Source of the DNA: a virus
Strand: one strand, 5' to 3'
Virus record (IMG/VR): IMGVR_UViG_3300008448_000067
Location: 4,501-68,500 of that record
Length of the DNA stretch: 64,000 nucleotides
Part shown: in pieces, positions 17,116-27,647 of the stretch
How positions within the stretch are numbered: position 1 is the first letter of the stretch
How the letters are laid out: each line of letters opens with the position of its first letter
Translations under genes and position numbers: made by a program
Notes under the pieces: generated by a model
Databases searched by the model: none
Told to the model about the DNA's origin: nothing
What the model saw: only the letters and a program-made list of their open reading frames with translations

Positions 17116-19734
17116 CTATCTATTCTCCAGATTAGTAATTTTTTCTTCTAAACTATTTATATGTGTCTGTTGTTCTTTGATTGCTTCAATCAGAAGAGCA
17201 ACCATATTACCATAAGCAACAGATAAAGTATCATCATCTCCGACTCCGCGTTGAACTACTTCTGGTATCACTTCAAGAACCTCCTGAGCAATTACACCAA
17301 TTTGTTTTTGTCCGGTGTCTTTTCGAGTATATGAATATCCATTTAATTTTAGAACTTTATCAAGCGCACATGTAATTTTTACAATGTCATCTTTCAGTTT
17401 GATATCAGAATATGCTGTTACATTGCCGAGCATAGTCAGATCGCCTGTACCAGTCATCTGGAAACAATTGTTTGATGCTGACCATCCACCTATTCTGAAA
17501 ACGTTATCAGTACCAAGTCCCATATTTATGGCGTATGTACTAGTTCTATGGAAGGACATCGCGGCAACGGTAGTTGAGTTGCCTCGAGCAGAAAATGAAC
17601 CTGTATCATTTGTAGTATTTACATTATTAGATCCGGATGTTGCTCCTGTGATTAATCCGGCCATTGTAACAGTATTTAAAGACGATGTACCATTAGGATT
17701 TGCATAATAATTAGTATCATCATTATCGTAATATATTGGTGATCGATGCTGAACGTATGAATACACAATCCCAGTAGCATCAATTAAGAAACGCGCCGCG
17801 TTTACTGTACTATCATAGACATAAAAATCTCTAGTATTGTCATTAGGAAGATCCACTCCGACTTCAAATTGTGTTGTGCCATTTTGAGCTAATCTAATAC
17901 CAGTGCGTTTATTAGCAGTGTTTGCTGTATTCAGACGAAGATATGTTTGATTAGAGCTATATAGCTCTAATAATTCTCCAGGATTGTTTGTTCCGATCCC
18001 GACGTTGCCTCCTGCGGCAATGCGCATCTTTTCAGTAGGTGTAGCACCCGATCCCGTCCAGAATTGCAGCGTCGGTGCTGAGCCACCTGCAGAAGAGATC
18101 ATCGCATAGCGATTATCAGATAGGTCAAACGCGCCAGAGATAAATTGCACAGCTCCGGTTGGAGAGCCAGAAGCATTGCGATTGTGGATAAGAACACCAG
18201 TTGTCCCGTCCTGATCTTTCCGAATATGCAAGGGTTGATCTGGTGCTTGCGTACCAATTCCGACCTTGTCAGTTAAAGCTATAATTGTTGAATTACTTAC
18301 AGTGCTAATACGAATTCCACCATTACCACCAGACCATGGAACAATGGAAAGGTTAGCATTACCAACAGTAGCACCAATAGTTAATATTACAGCATCACCC
18401 GAACTGGTTAAATTATTCCAAGAACCCGCGGGAGCACGAGGAACTAATCCTAAAGTCTGTGTTCCATTAATAGCACTAATAATATGATTAGCATTCGCTA
18501 CACCACTAGTATCAGTTGCAGCTATTTGGCCAGAAGATTTATTAAATGTTAATTGTGATACAGCATTCGCTACACCAGAATCATTAAAAATTACTTGAGT
18601 GTTTGATCCAGCGACTGGTCCAGTAGATCCTGTAAAACCAATATCACCTTTTGATCCAGCAAATCCTACTGATCCAGAGAATCCGATCGATCCTGCAAAT
18701 CCAACCGAGCCAACAAAACCTACAGATCCTGTAAAACCTGTAGACCCTACAGATCCTGTAAAGCCAATATCACCTTTTGATCCAGCAAATCCTACAGATC
18801 CGGTAAAGCCCGTAGATCCCGTAGAACCAGTAAATCCAATATCACCTTTTGATCCAACAAAACCTACAGATCCAGAGAATCCGATCGATCCAGTAAATCC
18901 TATAGAACCAGTAAATCCAACTGACCCAACGAATCCAACTGACCCAGTGAATCCTCTAGATCCTGTAAATCCTATAGATCCTGTAAATCCAACTGAGCCA
19001 ACAAAACCTACAGATCCAGTGAATCCGATCGATCCAGTAAATCCTATGGATCCAGTGAATCCTGCTGAACCTACAAATCCAGCACCAGTAGATCCTGTGA
19101 ATCCAATATCACCTTTTGATCCAACAAATCCTACAGATCCAGTAAAGCCAATATCACCTTTTGATCCTGTGAATCCAATATCACCTTTTGATCCAACAAA
19201 TCCTACAGATCCTGTGAATCCGATCGAGCCAGTAAATCCTATGGATCCAACGAATCCTACAGATCCTACAAATCCTACTGATCCAGTGAATCCTCTAGAT
19301 CCGACAAATCCAACTGAACCAGTAAATCCAGCACCAACAGAGCCTGTAAATCCAACACCTTGTGAACCTGTAAATCCTACTGATCCAGTAAATCCAGCTC
19401 CAGTTGACCCAGTAAATCCTGTGCCACCAGATCCGACAAATCCTACTGATCCAGTGAAGCCACCGCCAGTTGACCCAGTAAATCCTATGGATCCTGTGAA
19501 TCCAATTGATCCTACAAATCCAACTGAACCAGTAAAGCCTCCACCGGTTGAACCAGTAAAGCCAGTTCCACCAGATCCGACAAACCCTACTGATCCAGTA
19601 AAGCCAGCTCCTGCGCCCCAGTATGTTGATGTGCCATTACTAAGCAATGCCTGTCCGGATCCACCTATAGATCCATTCGCAAGAACGCCTTTTACAGATA
19701 AATTATTAAATAAATGAAGTGTATCTTTAGACAT
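17116..19734 (-). CDS. Long tail fibre: collagen-like GFTGS repeats, beta-structured shaft and C-terminal S74 autocleaving chaperone
   Basis: About 330 aa of G-F-T/V-G-S-x; KVGIGT..P and GNVGIGTNNP shaft repeats; AYSDIKLKDDI...IGVIAQEV.EVIPEVV...SVAYGNMVALLIEAIKE coiled coil. Confidence 0.88.
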   Translation of the reverse strand: MSKDTLHLFNNLSVKGVLANGSIGGSGQALLSNGTSTYWGAGAGFTGSVGFVGSGGTGFTGSTGGGFTGSVGFVGSIGFTGSIGFTGSTGGGFTGSVGFVGSGGTGFTGSTGAGFTGSVGFTGSQGVGFTGSVGAGFTGSVGFVGSRGFTGSVGFVGSVGFVGSIGFTGSIGFTGSVGFVGSKGDIGFTGSKGDIGFTGSVGFVGSKGDIGFTGSTGAGFVGSAGFTGSIGFTGSIGFTGSVGFVGSVGFTGSIGFTGSRGFTGSVGFVGSVGFTGSIGFTGSIGFSGSVGFVGSKGDIGFTGSTGSTGFTGSVGFAGSKGDIGFTGSVGSTGFTGSVGFVGSVGFAGSIGFSGSVGFAGSKGDIGFTGSTGPVAGSNTQVIFNDSGVANAVSQLTFNKSSGQIAATDTSGVANANHIISAINGTQTLGLVPRAPAGSWNNLTSSGDAVILTIGATVGNANLSIVPWSGGNGGIRISTVSNSTIIALTDKVGIGTQAPDQPLHIRKDQDGTTGVLIHNRNASGSPTGAVQFISGAFDLSDNRYAMISSAGGSAPTLQFWTGSGATPTEKMRIAAGGNVGIGTNNPGELLELYSSNQTYLRLNTANTANKRTGIRLAQNGTTQFEVGVDLPNDNTRDFYVYDSTVNAARFLIDATGIVYSYVQHRSPIYYDNDDTNYYANPNGTSSLNTVTMAGLITGATSGSNNVNTTNDTGSFSARGNSTTVAAMSFHRTSTYAINMGLGTDNVFRIGGWSASNNCFQMTGTGDLTMLGNVTAYSDIKLKDDIVKITCALDKVLKLNGYSYTRKDTGQKQIGVIAQEVLEVIPEVVQRGVGDDDTLSVAYGNMVALLIEAIKEQQTHINSLEEKITNLENR
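18610..19610 (-). repeat. Collagen-like (GFTGSx)n array 1
   Basis: 18-nt degenerate tandem repeats (gatccWgtRaatcc...). Confidence 0.92.
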
Positions 19735-20959
19735 TCGACATTGCTACCATTAAAGTATTTGCAATATTGTCTGACATATATCCAAATTCATTTGGATTTG
19801 AAACAAATACTGCGCTAGTAATATATTTATCGAACGCTACAGAAGATGTTATTATAGAATTTCCATTTCTGCTTACACTGATTCCATTGGCATTATAGTT
19901 AAATACTAGTTTATTTGTTGCTTGTTGAGATCCACAGTTAACTGTATTAATAAAAACATTGTTTGAAGAATCTATATAGATTTTATTATTAGAATTACTA
20001 GAATTTAAACTCAAGATAGTATTTCCCGCGGCGACTGCACTCCAATTAATATACATCGCGCCTTCATCTTGATCATACGTATGAAATGGTACATATTCTT
20101 TTAATTCAAAATCTTTAACATACAGTCTATTATTAATATCACCGAATCCGAATGATACATGAGCAGTATCTGAAGTAGCAGAAAATATGATAGAGAAAGA
20201 TGTATCAGTTGCAGTGGCAAAATATACACCATAGTTATCAATATTAAACTCAGTACCAATTTGTATTTTTGAAGGACCGGTGTCTCTGTCTTCTGGTGCA
20301 TATGAAATATTAGAGTCTGTAGTATAGTATGCATTTCCAGATAAGATATAATTTTTACCTGGTGACAGATTAAGTATTTGTGTTTGGCAATTATTCTTTT
20401 GTCCAGAAGAAACAATAACTTGATAGTCGTCATCTGCTACTAACAGACTTCCATTTGTAGCAGACCAGTCTGTTAGTATGTTGTTCTTTGTTTTTATAGG
20501 TCCCATCACACCGGAAGTAACATAAGCATTTGCATACGTAAATATGTTATTATTTGATTGGCGAATGGTGATATTATTAGCGCCGCTGAAATAAATCCCA
20601 AGTCCTTCTTCAGTGAGAATGTTTCTTCCGGAAAGAGTATTCTCAGAATATAAGTTGCATGCTATAGAATTTCTTTCAATACTAAATGTAGTTGGTATAG
20701 CAGTAGGAGTGACACTCACAGTGCCAACATTATTAGAAATAGACGTTACAAATTCGAGTGGAGTAATTCCAGATTTAGCCAAAGCAATTTGCTCTTCAGA
20801 AGTCTGAATTCCATCATGACTAATATCAAGTGTAGAATACCAACTAGTATTTCCAGATATTACATTGATTTTATAATAAATTATTTTTTCAGTTGGCAAA
20901 TCAAATGTATCTAGTATCTGTGCACTAAGAGTAGTAGAAGTGTAATTAATAGTTTCCAT
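19727..20959 (-). CDS. Virion structural / fibre connector protein
   Basis: Likely start METINY at 20959, overlapping the upstream stop (TAATG). N-terminal domain resembles the C-terminal domain of the 613-aa protein; central part resembles a carbohydrate-binding sandwich. Confidence 0.55.
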   Translation of the reverse strand: METINYTSTTLSAQILDTFDLPTEKIIYYKINVISGNTSWYSTLDISHDGIQTSEEQIALAKSGITPLEFVTSISNNVGTVSVTPTAIPTTFSIERNSIACNLYSENTLSGRNILTEEGLGIYFSGANNITIRQSNNNIFTYANAYVTSGVMGPIKTKNNILTDWSATNGSLLVADDDYQVIVSSGQKNNCQTQILNLSPGKNYILSGNAYYTTDSNISYAPEDRDTGPSKIQIGTEFNIDNYGVYFATATDTSFSIIFSATSDTAHVSFGFGDINNRLYVKDFELKEYVPFHTYDQDEGAMYINWSAVAAGNTILSLNSSNSNNKIYIDSSNNVFINTVNCGSQQATNKLVFNYNANGISVSRNGNSIITSSVAFDKYITSAVFVSNPNEFGYMSDNIANTLMVAMSNV

Positions 20960-23900
20960 TATACATCCGTTATTGTACCGGTCAGTACCCATTTCTGAGC
21001 AGACGAACCAAGGTTAATTCCTCCACCGACACTCAAAGCAGCCGCATTACCCTTCACATAACCTCTTGGTTGAGTTCCGGTGAATGATGAACCACTAGCT
21101 CCCCAGTCTGCAGGAGTTCCATCTGTGGCTACAATGCTGTTATGATTAGCCGCTGTGTTAAGGTTCACGAACTCATCTGTCATATAGAACAGGCCGAGTT
21201 GGCCATTCAATAAGCCAGATCCAGTAGGCGGCGAGGTGTCATTTTGGCCCATGATCGCCATTGATGTTCTAAGGTTGCCAATATCATCATTCTTTAATTG
21301 CGCGACTGCTGGGAATGGGTCTAACTCTTTCCCTTGCATAATAAAGTATCTGCCTGTGGTCATATTTATAGAGAACACCCACAACATCTTAGTAACATCA
21401 GAGGAATTTGCTGCGAGTTGAGTGAATATGCCACTGCTATTAATATCACAAATGGCTGTAGAGCCGGCATTCTTGTAACGATAGCCAATTCTTCCGCTGG
21501 TCCCGTATTTGCGAATAGTAAAGTCGACGCCGTTACTCTCAGCATAATAACAATCAGTCGAATCAGTACCAGTGAAGTTAGCATAGAATGCCATTGTGAG
21601 AGCGCGTCTATTGGTCATTCCAAGCAGAGGAGCAGATCCTGATAGTTGCAACCAATCATTTGTACCGTCAAACTGTGTTAGAGCTGGATTTGTTCCAGCT
21701 GCATTGGTTGTTTTAGGCTTAGTAAATGTTGGATAAGAGCCATGGCTGCGTGTTGACCAGTTATAGCCCGTGCCTATCGCGCCGATTCCATCAGATGTAT
21801 AATATGAGCCGGCTTTAGGAGTCAGTCGAGCGACAACATTTTGAAGAGTAAGATCGTTGAACGTAGGCCCATCAAAGTGGAAGTCGTAGCAATTTAGATC
21901 GCTTGAAACCACACTGCCCAACCCAGCAGGTTGAGCATTTACATTATCCCAACTATTTGCAATAAAGTCTGAATGTATACCATTAACATTAGATGCTCCA
22001 AGAGAGTATCCTGGGAAAATGTTCTTACACGCATATGATCCAGCACCAAGATCATGATAATTAAGACCAGGAGTAAGAGAACTTCCGCTAAGATTGTCTT
22101 TAACTACTGTATTATAGAATGTAGCAAAATTACCATATGAAATTTCGAGTCCAATACCATCTTGAGCCGAACATATGTTCCATGCAAATATTGCATTTAC
22201 ATAATTCATAGATGTGCCTGATGGATCATTAAACTTAGGTCCAGAAGCTGCAGCATAAGAACCCTTTGCGGTGAATCTGCGATCAACAGCTGATAGCATC
22301 TTATTACCCACAACAATAGGAGTCCAAGCCGAGCTCGCCGAGAACCCTAATGTAGAAGAGTGAGGAGAACCCGGATCACTACTAATTGCCCAAGTTCCCA
22401 TAGTATCATTATGACGATAGTAAATGGTTCCTCCGGCCTCACAGGCCATTTCACACGGATTCTGATAGCTATCAATAACTGTATTATTTTCAATATAATT
22501 GACAGAAGAAGCAGCACCAACTACTGAATGTCCACGGTAAGTGTCGTGAATATAATTATTATGGAAATTAAAGTTGGTCATCGCTGTTGAACCATTAATA
22601 CCACGATAGCCTTGGAAATACAGCGAGCCGCTCGATCCATCTTGCATTGTGATACCAGCAAGAGGATTTGAACTAATTTCGCAATACGCAACTTCAAGAT
22701 TAGTAGAACTGGAAGTCTCTAATACTCCTCCTGTACTATAAGCTGAGGTGCTGTTAGGTGCTAATCGAGTAATCTTTAAACCAAGTATTTTACAATCTGT
22801 GGTAGTAGTAGCAATCAATCCAGCCTGGAGATGTGGTACACCATATGTTTGTCCACGTAATGTTATTCCAGTTTTGCCAGCAATGCTTGCTTGAGCCGAA
22901 AATGTGCCGGTGTCAGACAGTACAATTATTTGACCTGTTGTGGCTGCTGTTACGGCGCTCGACAACTCGGCATCAGTAGTTACAAAGTAATCTGGCCATC
23001 TGCTTCCAGATACATCCGTAACAGCGGCTGAACCTACAGGAGCAAACTTACCAGAATTCGTACCGGCGGTACAAGATCCCCAGTTATGACCTGCAGCGGC
23101 ATTCCACTGTGAAGCGGTGCCAGTAAGGAACACAAGTGGTTGAGAACCGGTTGGCCCTTTACCAGTTGGTCCAATGTTAGCCGGATCAAACTTAGAACGA
23201 TTAAGTGCAGAAGTAATATCAACTGCCGCGGCAATGTTAAGATATAATGCACCAAGTTGTATAGGAACTGTTGATACACTTGATACTATCCCCATAGGAT
23301 AAAGAGTAACTGCATGACTATACCCTACAGTTACACCAGATCCGCCGCTCCAGGTACTAGATCCACCTTTGGCAGAGGCGCCATCTAGATATACATATGA
23401 TCCCGTAGCAGAAACAGGATCATCTAAATTCCACGAAAATATGATATCATGATAATTATCATCGCATACTGAACCAGCAGTATCTATGTTAGCTATTACT
23501 GTTCCGGCCGCATTACGCAATCTTATCCGCATTCGACCTGTGGTTGATAGTATGGAACACTGAACTCTAGCACTTCCCGAATTGGAAGCAAATATGTGTT
23601 GTTCTGCCGCCGGAATGCTGGGCACTTTAAATCGCATAAGTGCTAAAGTGCCTGTAGCACCATCAGAACCTAATGCAACTCCCGAAGAAGAAAGCCGGAA
23701 AGTATCAGGCGTTGTTTCATCAAATTGAACAATAGGATAAGTTGCTGTTGAAACTGTCACAGAAGTAAACGTTGCAACTGTAGATGTTCCCCCAGAAGGA
23801 GTTAGTGTTACTGTAGCAGTTGTCACGGTAGAACCCGTACTCGCGTTTGTTACATTAACACGCACGTATTTCCCACGAGTATATGTTCCAGGCGCAGATG

Positions 23901-25794
23901 TTGCACTCGTTGCTCCAGTACCAGCTGAATCATCAGCAAATTGGTATGTTCCATTTGTAATTGATATACTACCAGTAGTAGAAGATCCTACAATTAATCT
24001 CCAAGCTGAAGACGAAGATCCACTTAAAGTTTGATCTAATAGATCAGCAAAATCGACAAATACTGGCTCTTTAGTAATATCTGTAGTTTCATTTACATAA
24101 TCTAAATACCCATCAGTTCCACCCGCGCCTTTGCCGGCATAAGCTATCAGCGGCGCAAAAGCGGCAAGAATAGCGGCTTTGGTAGTAGGCCAAGAACCAG
24201 GCGCGCCAGCATCCGATGGAGGACTAGTAAACACAGAAGTATAAGGAATTGTAGCACCGAGTAATCCAACTTGAATATTTCCCGTGCTTGCTACTGCAGG
24301 ATCATTACTAATACTTTCACTAATATTACTTCCAAAGAAGCACTGTTCTGCGCCACTCTCAGAAAATGAAGATAAAATTGGTGAAATATTTCGTGCAGTA
24401 TCTTCACGATTAAATCTTACAATAGTATTACGATAAATGTAACCATTTTCAACATGAGGACATGTTAAACCATTAACCATTGCGGTTGATGCTACTATAT
24501 TACCAACAATTCTTAAATTACGATATTTGTATCCATCATCTGATTCCATAAAAATACCTTGAGTACTTCCACGAGTATCACCAGAATAGTAAATATTACG
24601 TTCAATTATAAGAGGAGCAGTCCAATCTGCTGTAGCTCCTACAGGAATCCAAGTTTGAATAAAGTCTGAGTGTGGATCACCAGCATCTCCTCCACTCGCG
24701 AACGAGCGTGAACTAATAGTGTCTTTAATAGTAATAGATTTATTGCCACCTTGTGAACCTGGTATTACCCAATGGTCTCTATAGATACGATCTGACATAC
24801 AATTCGTAATACTTAAATCTGATGATTGACTGAAAGAAACAGCACTATCAAGATCACGAAATTCACATTGATCCCACGATTGAAGAGCATTAAATGTTAA
24901 TCCGCCAGCACACGAAACACCAGGAACTGTATATAGAGTCATCTTGGCCTGGCCAGTCCAAGTTATAACTTTAGAAAGAGCTCCAGTTGATCCATTTACC
25001 GCTGTAGTCGCTGTAGAAGTACCACCAGACGTGATTGTAGTGCCAGTAATAATACCACCAGACACAGTCATAGTGCAAACCGGAGCAACAGAAAATGTTG
25101 CTACGCCAGAAACATTATTAAATGTCAGACTATGCGTACCATCAGATACTAAACCGGCAACATTATTACGACTGATAATAAGTGATGTAACAACTCCTGA
25201 ATCATTAAATTGAGGTAGTATGCATGCATATTCTGGATAATTGGTATTACAATTGTAATCATTATCGTAAAGAAGTCCTGTACTACCCGGTCCGCCGTAT
25301 CCACCTTTAAATTGACAATTTTGCCAATGATGTGCTCCATATGTTCCAGATGAATAGCGTATCGGTCCCGAAGAGGAATCAGACCATACCGTTGATACAA
25401 ATTTAATATTTTCAAATCGTATATTACCAGTTGATGCTAGTGATAAACGATCCCAGACTGGTGGAACTGCGCTGTTAAGAGCTACAAATTTTACTGTAGT
25501 TGTAGGAAATAATGAAGTTATAGTTCTTGTTCCAAAAGAACCGCTCATAGCAATTGTTTTACCAGAAAGTGTTGCTGATCCTAGCGCTAGTACAGCAGTA
25601 AGTTCTGTATCATCTGTAACATAGTAATCAGGTGCAGCTCCACCACTACCACTAGTATAAGTAGGAATCCAGTCGCTGTCACTGGTATACATGTACAGAG
25701 GTCTATCTTCCCACGCAGAGCCATTCCAGCGCTGAGCTATCTTCCATTCCCAAGAAGATCCATTCCATTTTTGTACAAACCCACCAAGTGTCAT
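20959..25794 (-). CDS. Large receptor-binding protein / putative depolymerase with two beta-helix plus lectin-like units
   Basis: N-terminal WNGSSW repeats; parallel beta-helix signatures (NIRFENIKF, LSITNC, IIERNI, NLEVAYCEI, FHNNYIHD, IENNTV); LamG-like segments. Confidence 0.7.
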   Translation of the reverse strand: MTLGGFVQKWNGSSWEWKIAQRWNGSAWEDRPLYMYTSDSDWIPTYTSGSGGAAPDYYVTDDTELTAVLALGSATLSGKTIAMSGSFGTRTITSLFPTTTVKFVALNSAVPPVWDRLSLASTGNIRFENIKFVSTVWSDSSSGPIRYSSGTYGAHHWQNCQFKGGYGGPGSTGLLYDNDYNCNTNYPEYACILPQFNDSGVVTSLIISRNNVAGLVSDGTHSLTFNNVSGVATFSVAPVCTMTVSGGIITGTTITSGGTSTATTAVNGSTGALSKVITWTGQAKMTLYTVPGVSCAGGLTFNALQSWDQCEFRDLDSAVSFSQSSDLSITNCMSDRIYRDHWVIPGSQGGNKSITIKDTISSRSFASGGDAGDPHSDFIQTWIPVGATADWTAPLIIERNIYYSGDTRGSTQGIFMESDDGYKYRNLRIVGNIVASTAMVNGLTCPHVENGYIYRNTIVRFNREDTARNISPILSSFSESGAEQCFFGSNISESISNDPAVASTGNIQVGLLGATIPYTSVFTSPPSDAGAPGSWPTTKAAILAAFAPLIAYAGKGAGGTDGYLDYVNETTDITKEPVFVDFADLLDQTLSGSSSSAWRLIVGSSTTGSISITNGTYQFADDSAGTGATSATSAPGTYTRGKYVRVNVTNASTGSTVTTATVTLTPSGGTSTVATFTSVTVSTATYPIVQFDETTPDTFRLSSSGVALGSDGATGTLALMRFKVPSIPAAEQHIFASNSGSARVQCSILSTTGRMRIRLRNAAGTVIANIDTAGSVCDDNYHDIIFSWNLDDPVSATGSYVYLDGASAKGGSSTWSGGSGVTVGYSHAVTLYPMGIVSSVSTVPIQLGALYLNIAAAVDITSALNRSKFDPANIGPTGKGPTGSQPLVFLTGTASQWNAAAGHNWGSCTAGTNSGKFAPVGSAAVTDVSGSRWPDYFVTTDAELSSAVTAATTGQIIVLSDTGTFSAQASIAGKTGITLRGQTYGVPHLQAGLIATTTTDCKILGLKITRLAPNSTSAYSTGGVLETSSSTNLEVAYCEISSNPLAGITMQDGSSGSLYFQGYRGINGSTAMTNFNFHNNYIHDTYRGHSVVGAASSVNYIENNTVIDSYQNPCEMACEAGGTIYYRHNDTMGTWAISSDPGSPHSSTLGFSASSAWTPIVVGNKMLSAVDRRFTAKGSYAAASGPKFNDPSGTSMNYVNAIFAWNICSAQDGIGLEISYGNFATFYNTVVKDNLSGSSLTPGLNYHDLGAGSYACKNIFPGYSLGASNVNGIHSDFIANSWDNVNAQPAGLGSVVSSDLNCYDFHFDGPTFNDLTLQNVVARLTPKAGSYYTSDGIGAIGTGYNWSTRSHGSYPTFTKPKTTNAAGTNPALTQFDGTNDWLQLSGSAPLLGMTNRRALTMAFYANFTGTDSTDCYYAESNGVDFTIRKYGTSGRIGYRYKNAGSTAICDINSSGIFTQLAANSSDVTKMLWVFSINMTTGRYFIMQGKELDPFPAVAQLKNDDIGNLRTSMAIMGQNDTSPPTGSGLLNGQLGLFYMTDEFVNLNTAANHNSIVATDGTPADWGASGSSFTGTQPRGYVKGNAAALSVGGGINLGSSAQKWVLTGTITDV

Positions 25795-25796
25795 AT

Positions 25797-26639
25797 TTAA
25801 CCGATTCCTATTACAGTTGCATTATATCCAGTATCTGGAGTTGCTGACTGCAGCCCTCTTACCCACAATTCTGTCCCAGCAGGCAGAGGAGAGTACGCTT
25901 GCCACGTATTACTCGAAAAGAAATCTGAATGTGATTCACCTGTTCCGATACTGGAAATATGAGTATTTATTATATTTTTGGTAGTAACATCGCCGTGCGC
26001 TAGTTGTATAAGAAGTGTACCACCAGTAACTACGGTGTTGTTATCATAATTTACTCCAAGTTGCCACCACCAAAGAGGATTTGTTGTAGTTCCTAGACTT
26101 GTCCAACTACCATACGTTGCATTACCGAGTGTAAAAGAAGTGCCGGTAGTGCCTGATGTATATCCAATAGTTTCTGAAAAGGTTCCTATTGGTGAATTCA
26201 TAGTGGTTGGCTGGCCCCAGAACTCAATTATATATCGAGCTCTATGCTCGTTTAAAGAACCTGTCGTAGGAGAAGCTGCTCTTATAGCCACTGATGATCC
26301 AGCCGGAACTGTTATTGGAAACACATAGTCTTTCCCTCTATTTGATACACTTCCGGCACCGCCGGCAGTAGCATTTGATATTATAGCTGTGTAACTAGTA
26401 CCTCCAGCAGTATCAATACCAATATCAAATGTAAGTTGAGGCGTAATGCCGTTACCACCCGCATTAACAATTATCAAATTAATTAAATAACAAGTTTGAG
26501 CTATATTAGCAGCAGAAGCAACTTGTGTCCACGAACCCTTGGTATTATTGTATCCAGGAACAACCTGAGTTCCGAGGGTGCTGTTCGGCACAGCAGCTAG
26601 ATTAGTATAATAAAAATTATATTTTGTTGGAAAAAGCAT
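25797..26639 (-). CDS. Fibre-associated protein, paralogue of 26640..27635
   Basis: Shares GSW.Q...AANI.Q, DIGIDTAGGT.YTAI, GSS.A.R, GTF.ET.G and LWVRG...TG.NA..IG.G with its neighbour. Confidence 0.7.
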   Translation of the reverse strand: MLFPTKYNFYYTNLAAVPNSTLGTQVVPGYNNTKGSWTQVASAANIAQTCYLINLIIVNAGGNGITPQLTFDIGIDTAGGTSYTAIISNATAGGAGSVSNRGKDYVFPITVPAGSSVAIRAASPTTGSLNEHRARYIIEFWGQPTTMNSPIGTFSETIGYTSGTTGTSFTLGNATYGSWTSLGTTTNPLWWWQLGVNYDNNTVVTGGTLLIQLAHGDVTTKNIINTHISSIGTGESHSDFFSSNTWQAYSPLPAGTELWVRGLQSATPDTGYNATVIGIG

Positions 26640-27635
26640 TTATCCACCCGTTCCTATTGCTACAGCATTAAATCCAGTAGTGGTAGCCCCCGAGGAGGCC
26701 ACACCTCTTACCCATAATTTACTACCAGCTACTACAGGATAATATGGTGCTTCTGAATTAGTATCTGTACTATCTTGCCAAGCTTCATTTGAAGTCATAA
26801 ATGAGTACATCGTCCCGTTAATAATTTGCTTATTATTATCATCACCTGCTGGTGACCAAGCCAGTTGAAAATAGTAATGTCCGCCAGTAACAGCAGTCTC
26901 GCTGGTCTGAACTCCTAATTGAAAGTGCCATAGGTCACTTGCTGTCGTGCCCAACTCAACATATGATCCCCAAGCACCGTCTCCAGGAGTAAAAGAAACA
27001 CCAGCAGAATTAGTTATAGTTCCAACAGTTTCAGTAAACGTTCCATATGGTACGCCAGCCGCGGGATTTGCTCCGCCAATGGCATCAAATACTATTCGAG
27101 GCCCGGTTCCAAGCGCAGAATCAGCACACTGAACTCTAGCGGCAATAGATGAACCCGATGGTATATATCTGGGAAATCTAAAGCGTCTACCAGAGTTCGA
27201 ACTGCCATTCGTGCCGCCCATTGCTAAATTGGTTACAATGGCGGTATAGTTAGTGCCGCCGGCTGTATCAATACCAATATCTAATAACATATTTCTATTT
27301 GTGGCGGCGGTGGATCCGGAGTGAGTCCAAAAACGCCAATCATATATATTCTGAGTTATATTTGCTGCTGCAGAAATTTGTTGCCACGATCCTTCATTAT
27401 TATTGATACCCACAACCACGGCGAGGCCAACGTTAGATCCAGTAGTACCCCAGTTATTATATCTAAACGTATAAGCAGGCACTAGTCCAACAGTATCACT
27501 CCAAGCCGCTTTCCATGCGCCGGTATCTTTCCAATAAACTGGTCTATCATCCCATGTGGCACCATTCCACACTTTAGCAGTTCTCCACTGCCAATCAGAA
27601 CCATCCCATACTTTTACAAATCCACCGTATGTCAT
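26640..27635 (-). CDS. Fibre-associated adhesin with N-terminal W-[ND]-G-x-x-W module
   Basis: MTYGGFVKVWDGSDWQWRTAKVWNGATWDDRP, nearly the same N-terminus as the 1611-aa protein; remainder is a two-fold repeated beta domain. Confidence 0.7.
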   Translation of the reverse strand: MTYGGFVKVWDGSDWQWRTAKVWNGATWDDRPVYWKDTGAWKAAWSDTVGLVPAYTFRYNNWGTTGSNVGLAVVVGINNNEGSWQQISAAANITQNIYDWRFWTHSGSTAATNRNMLLDIGIDTAGGTNYTAIVTNLAMGGTNGSSNSGRRFRFPRYIPSGSSIAARVQCADSALGTGPRIVFDAIGGANPAAGVPYGTFTETVGTITNSAGVSFTPGDGAWGSYVELGTTASDLWHFQLGVQTSETAVTGGHYYFQLAWSPAGDDNNKQIINGTMYSFMTSNEAWQDSTDTNSEAPYYPVVAGSKLWVRGVASSGATTTGFNAVAIGTGG

Positions 27636-27647
27636 TTATTACCTATT

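Noticed and set aside
18599-19717. Plus-strand Pro-rich ORFs (DPVNP repeats), also at 29109-32123 and 38849-39385
   Set aside because: Antisense shadows of the GFTGS codons, whose reverse complement lacks stops; no SD or promoter support.
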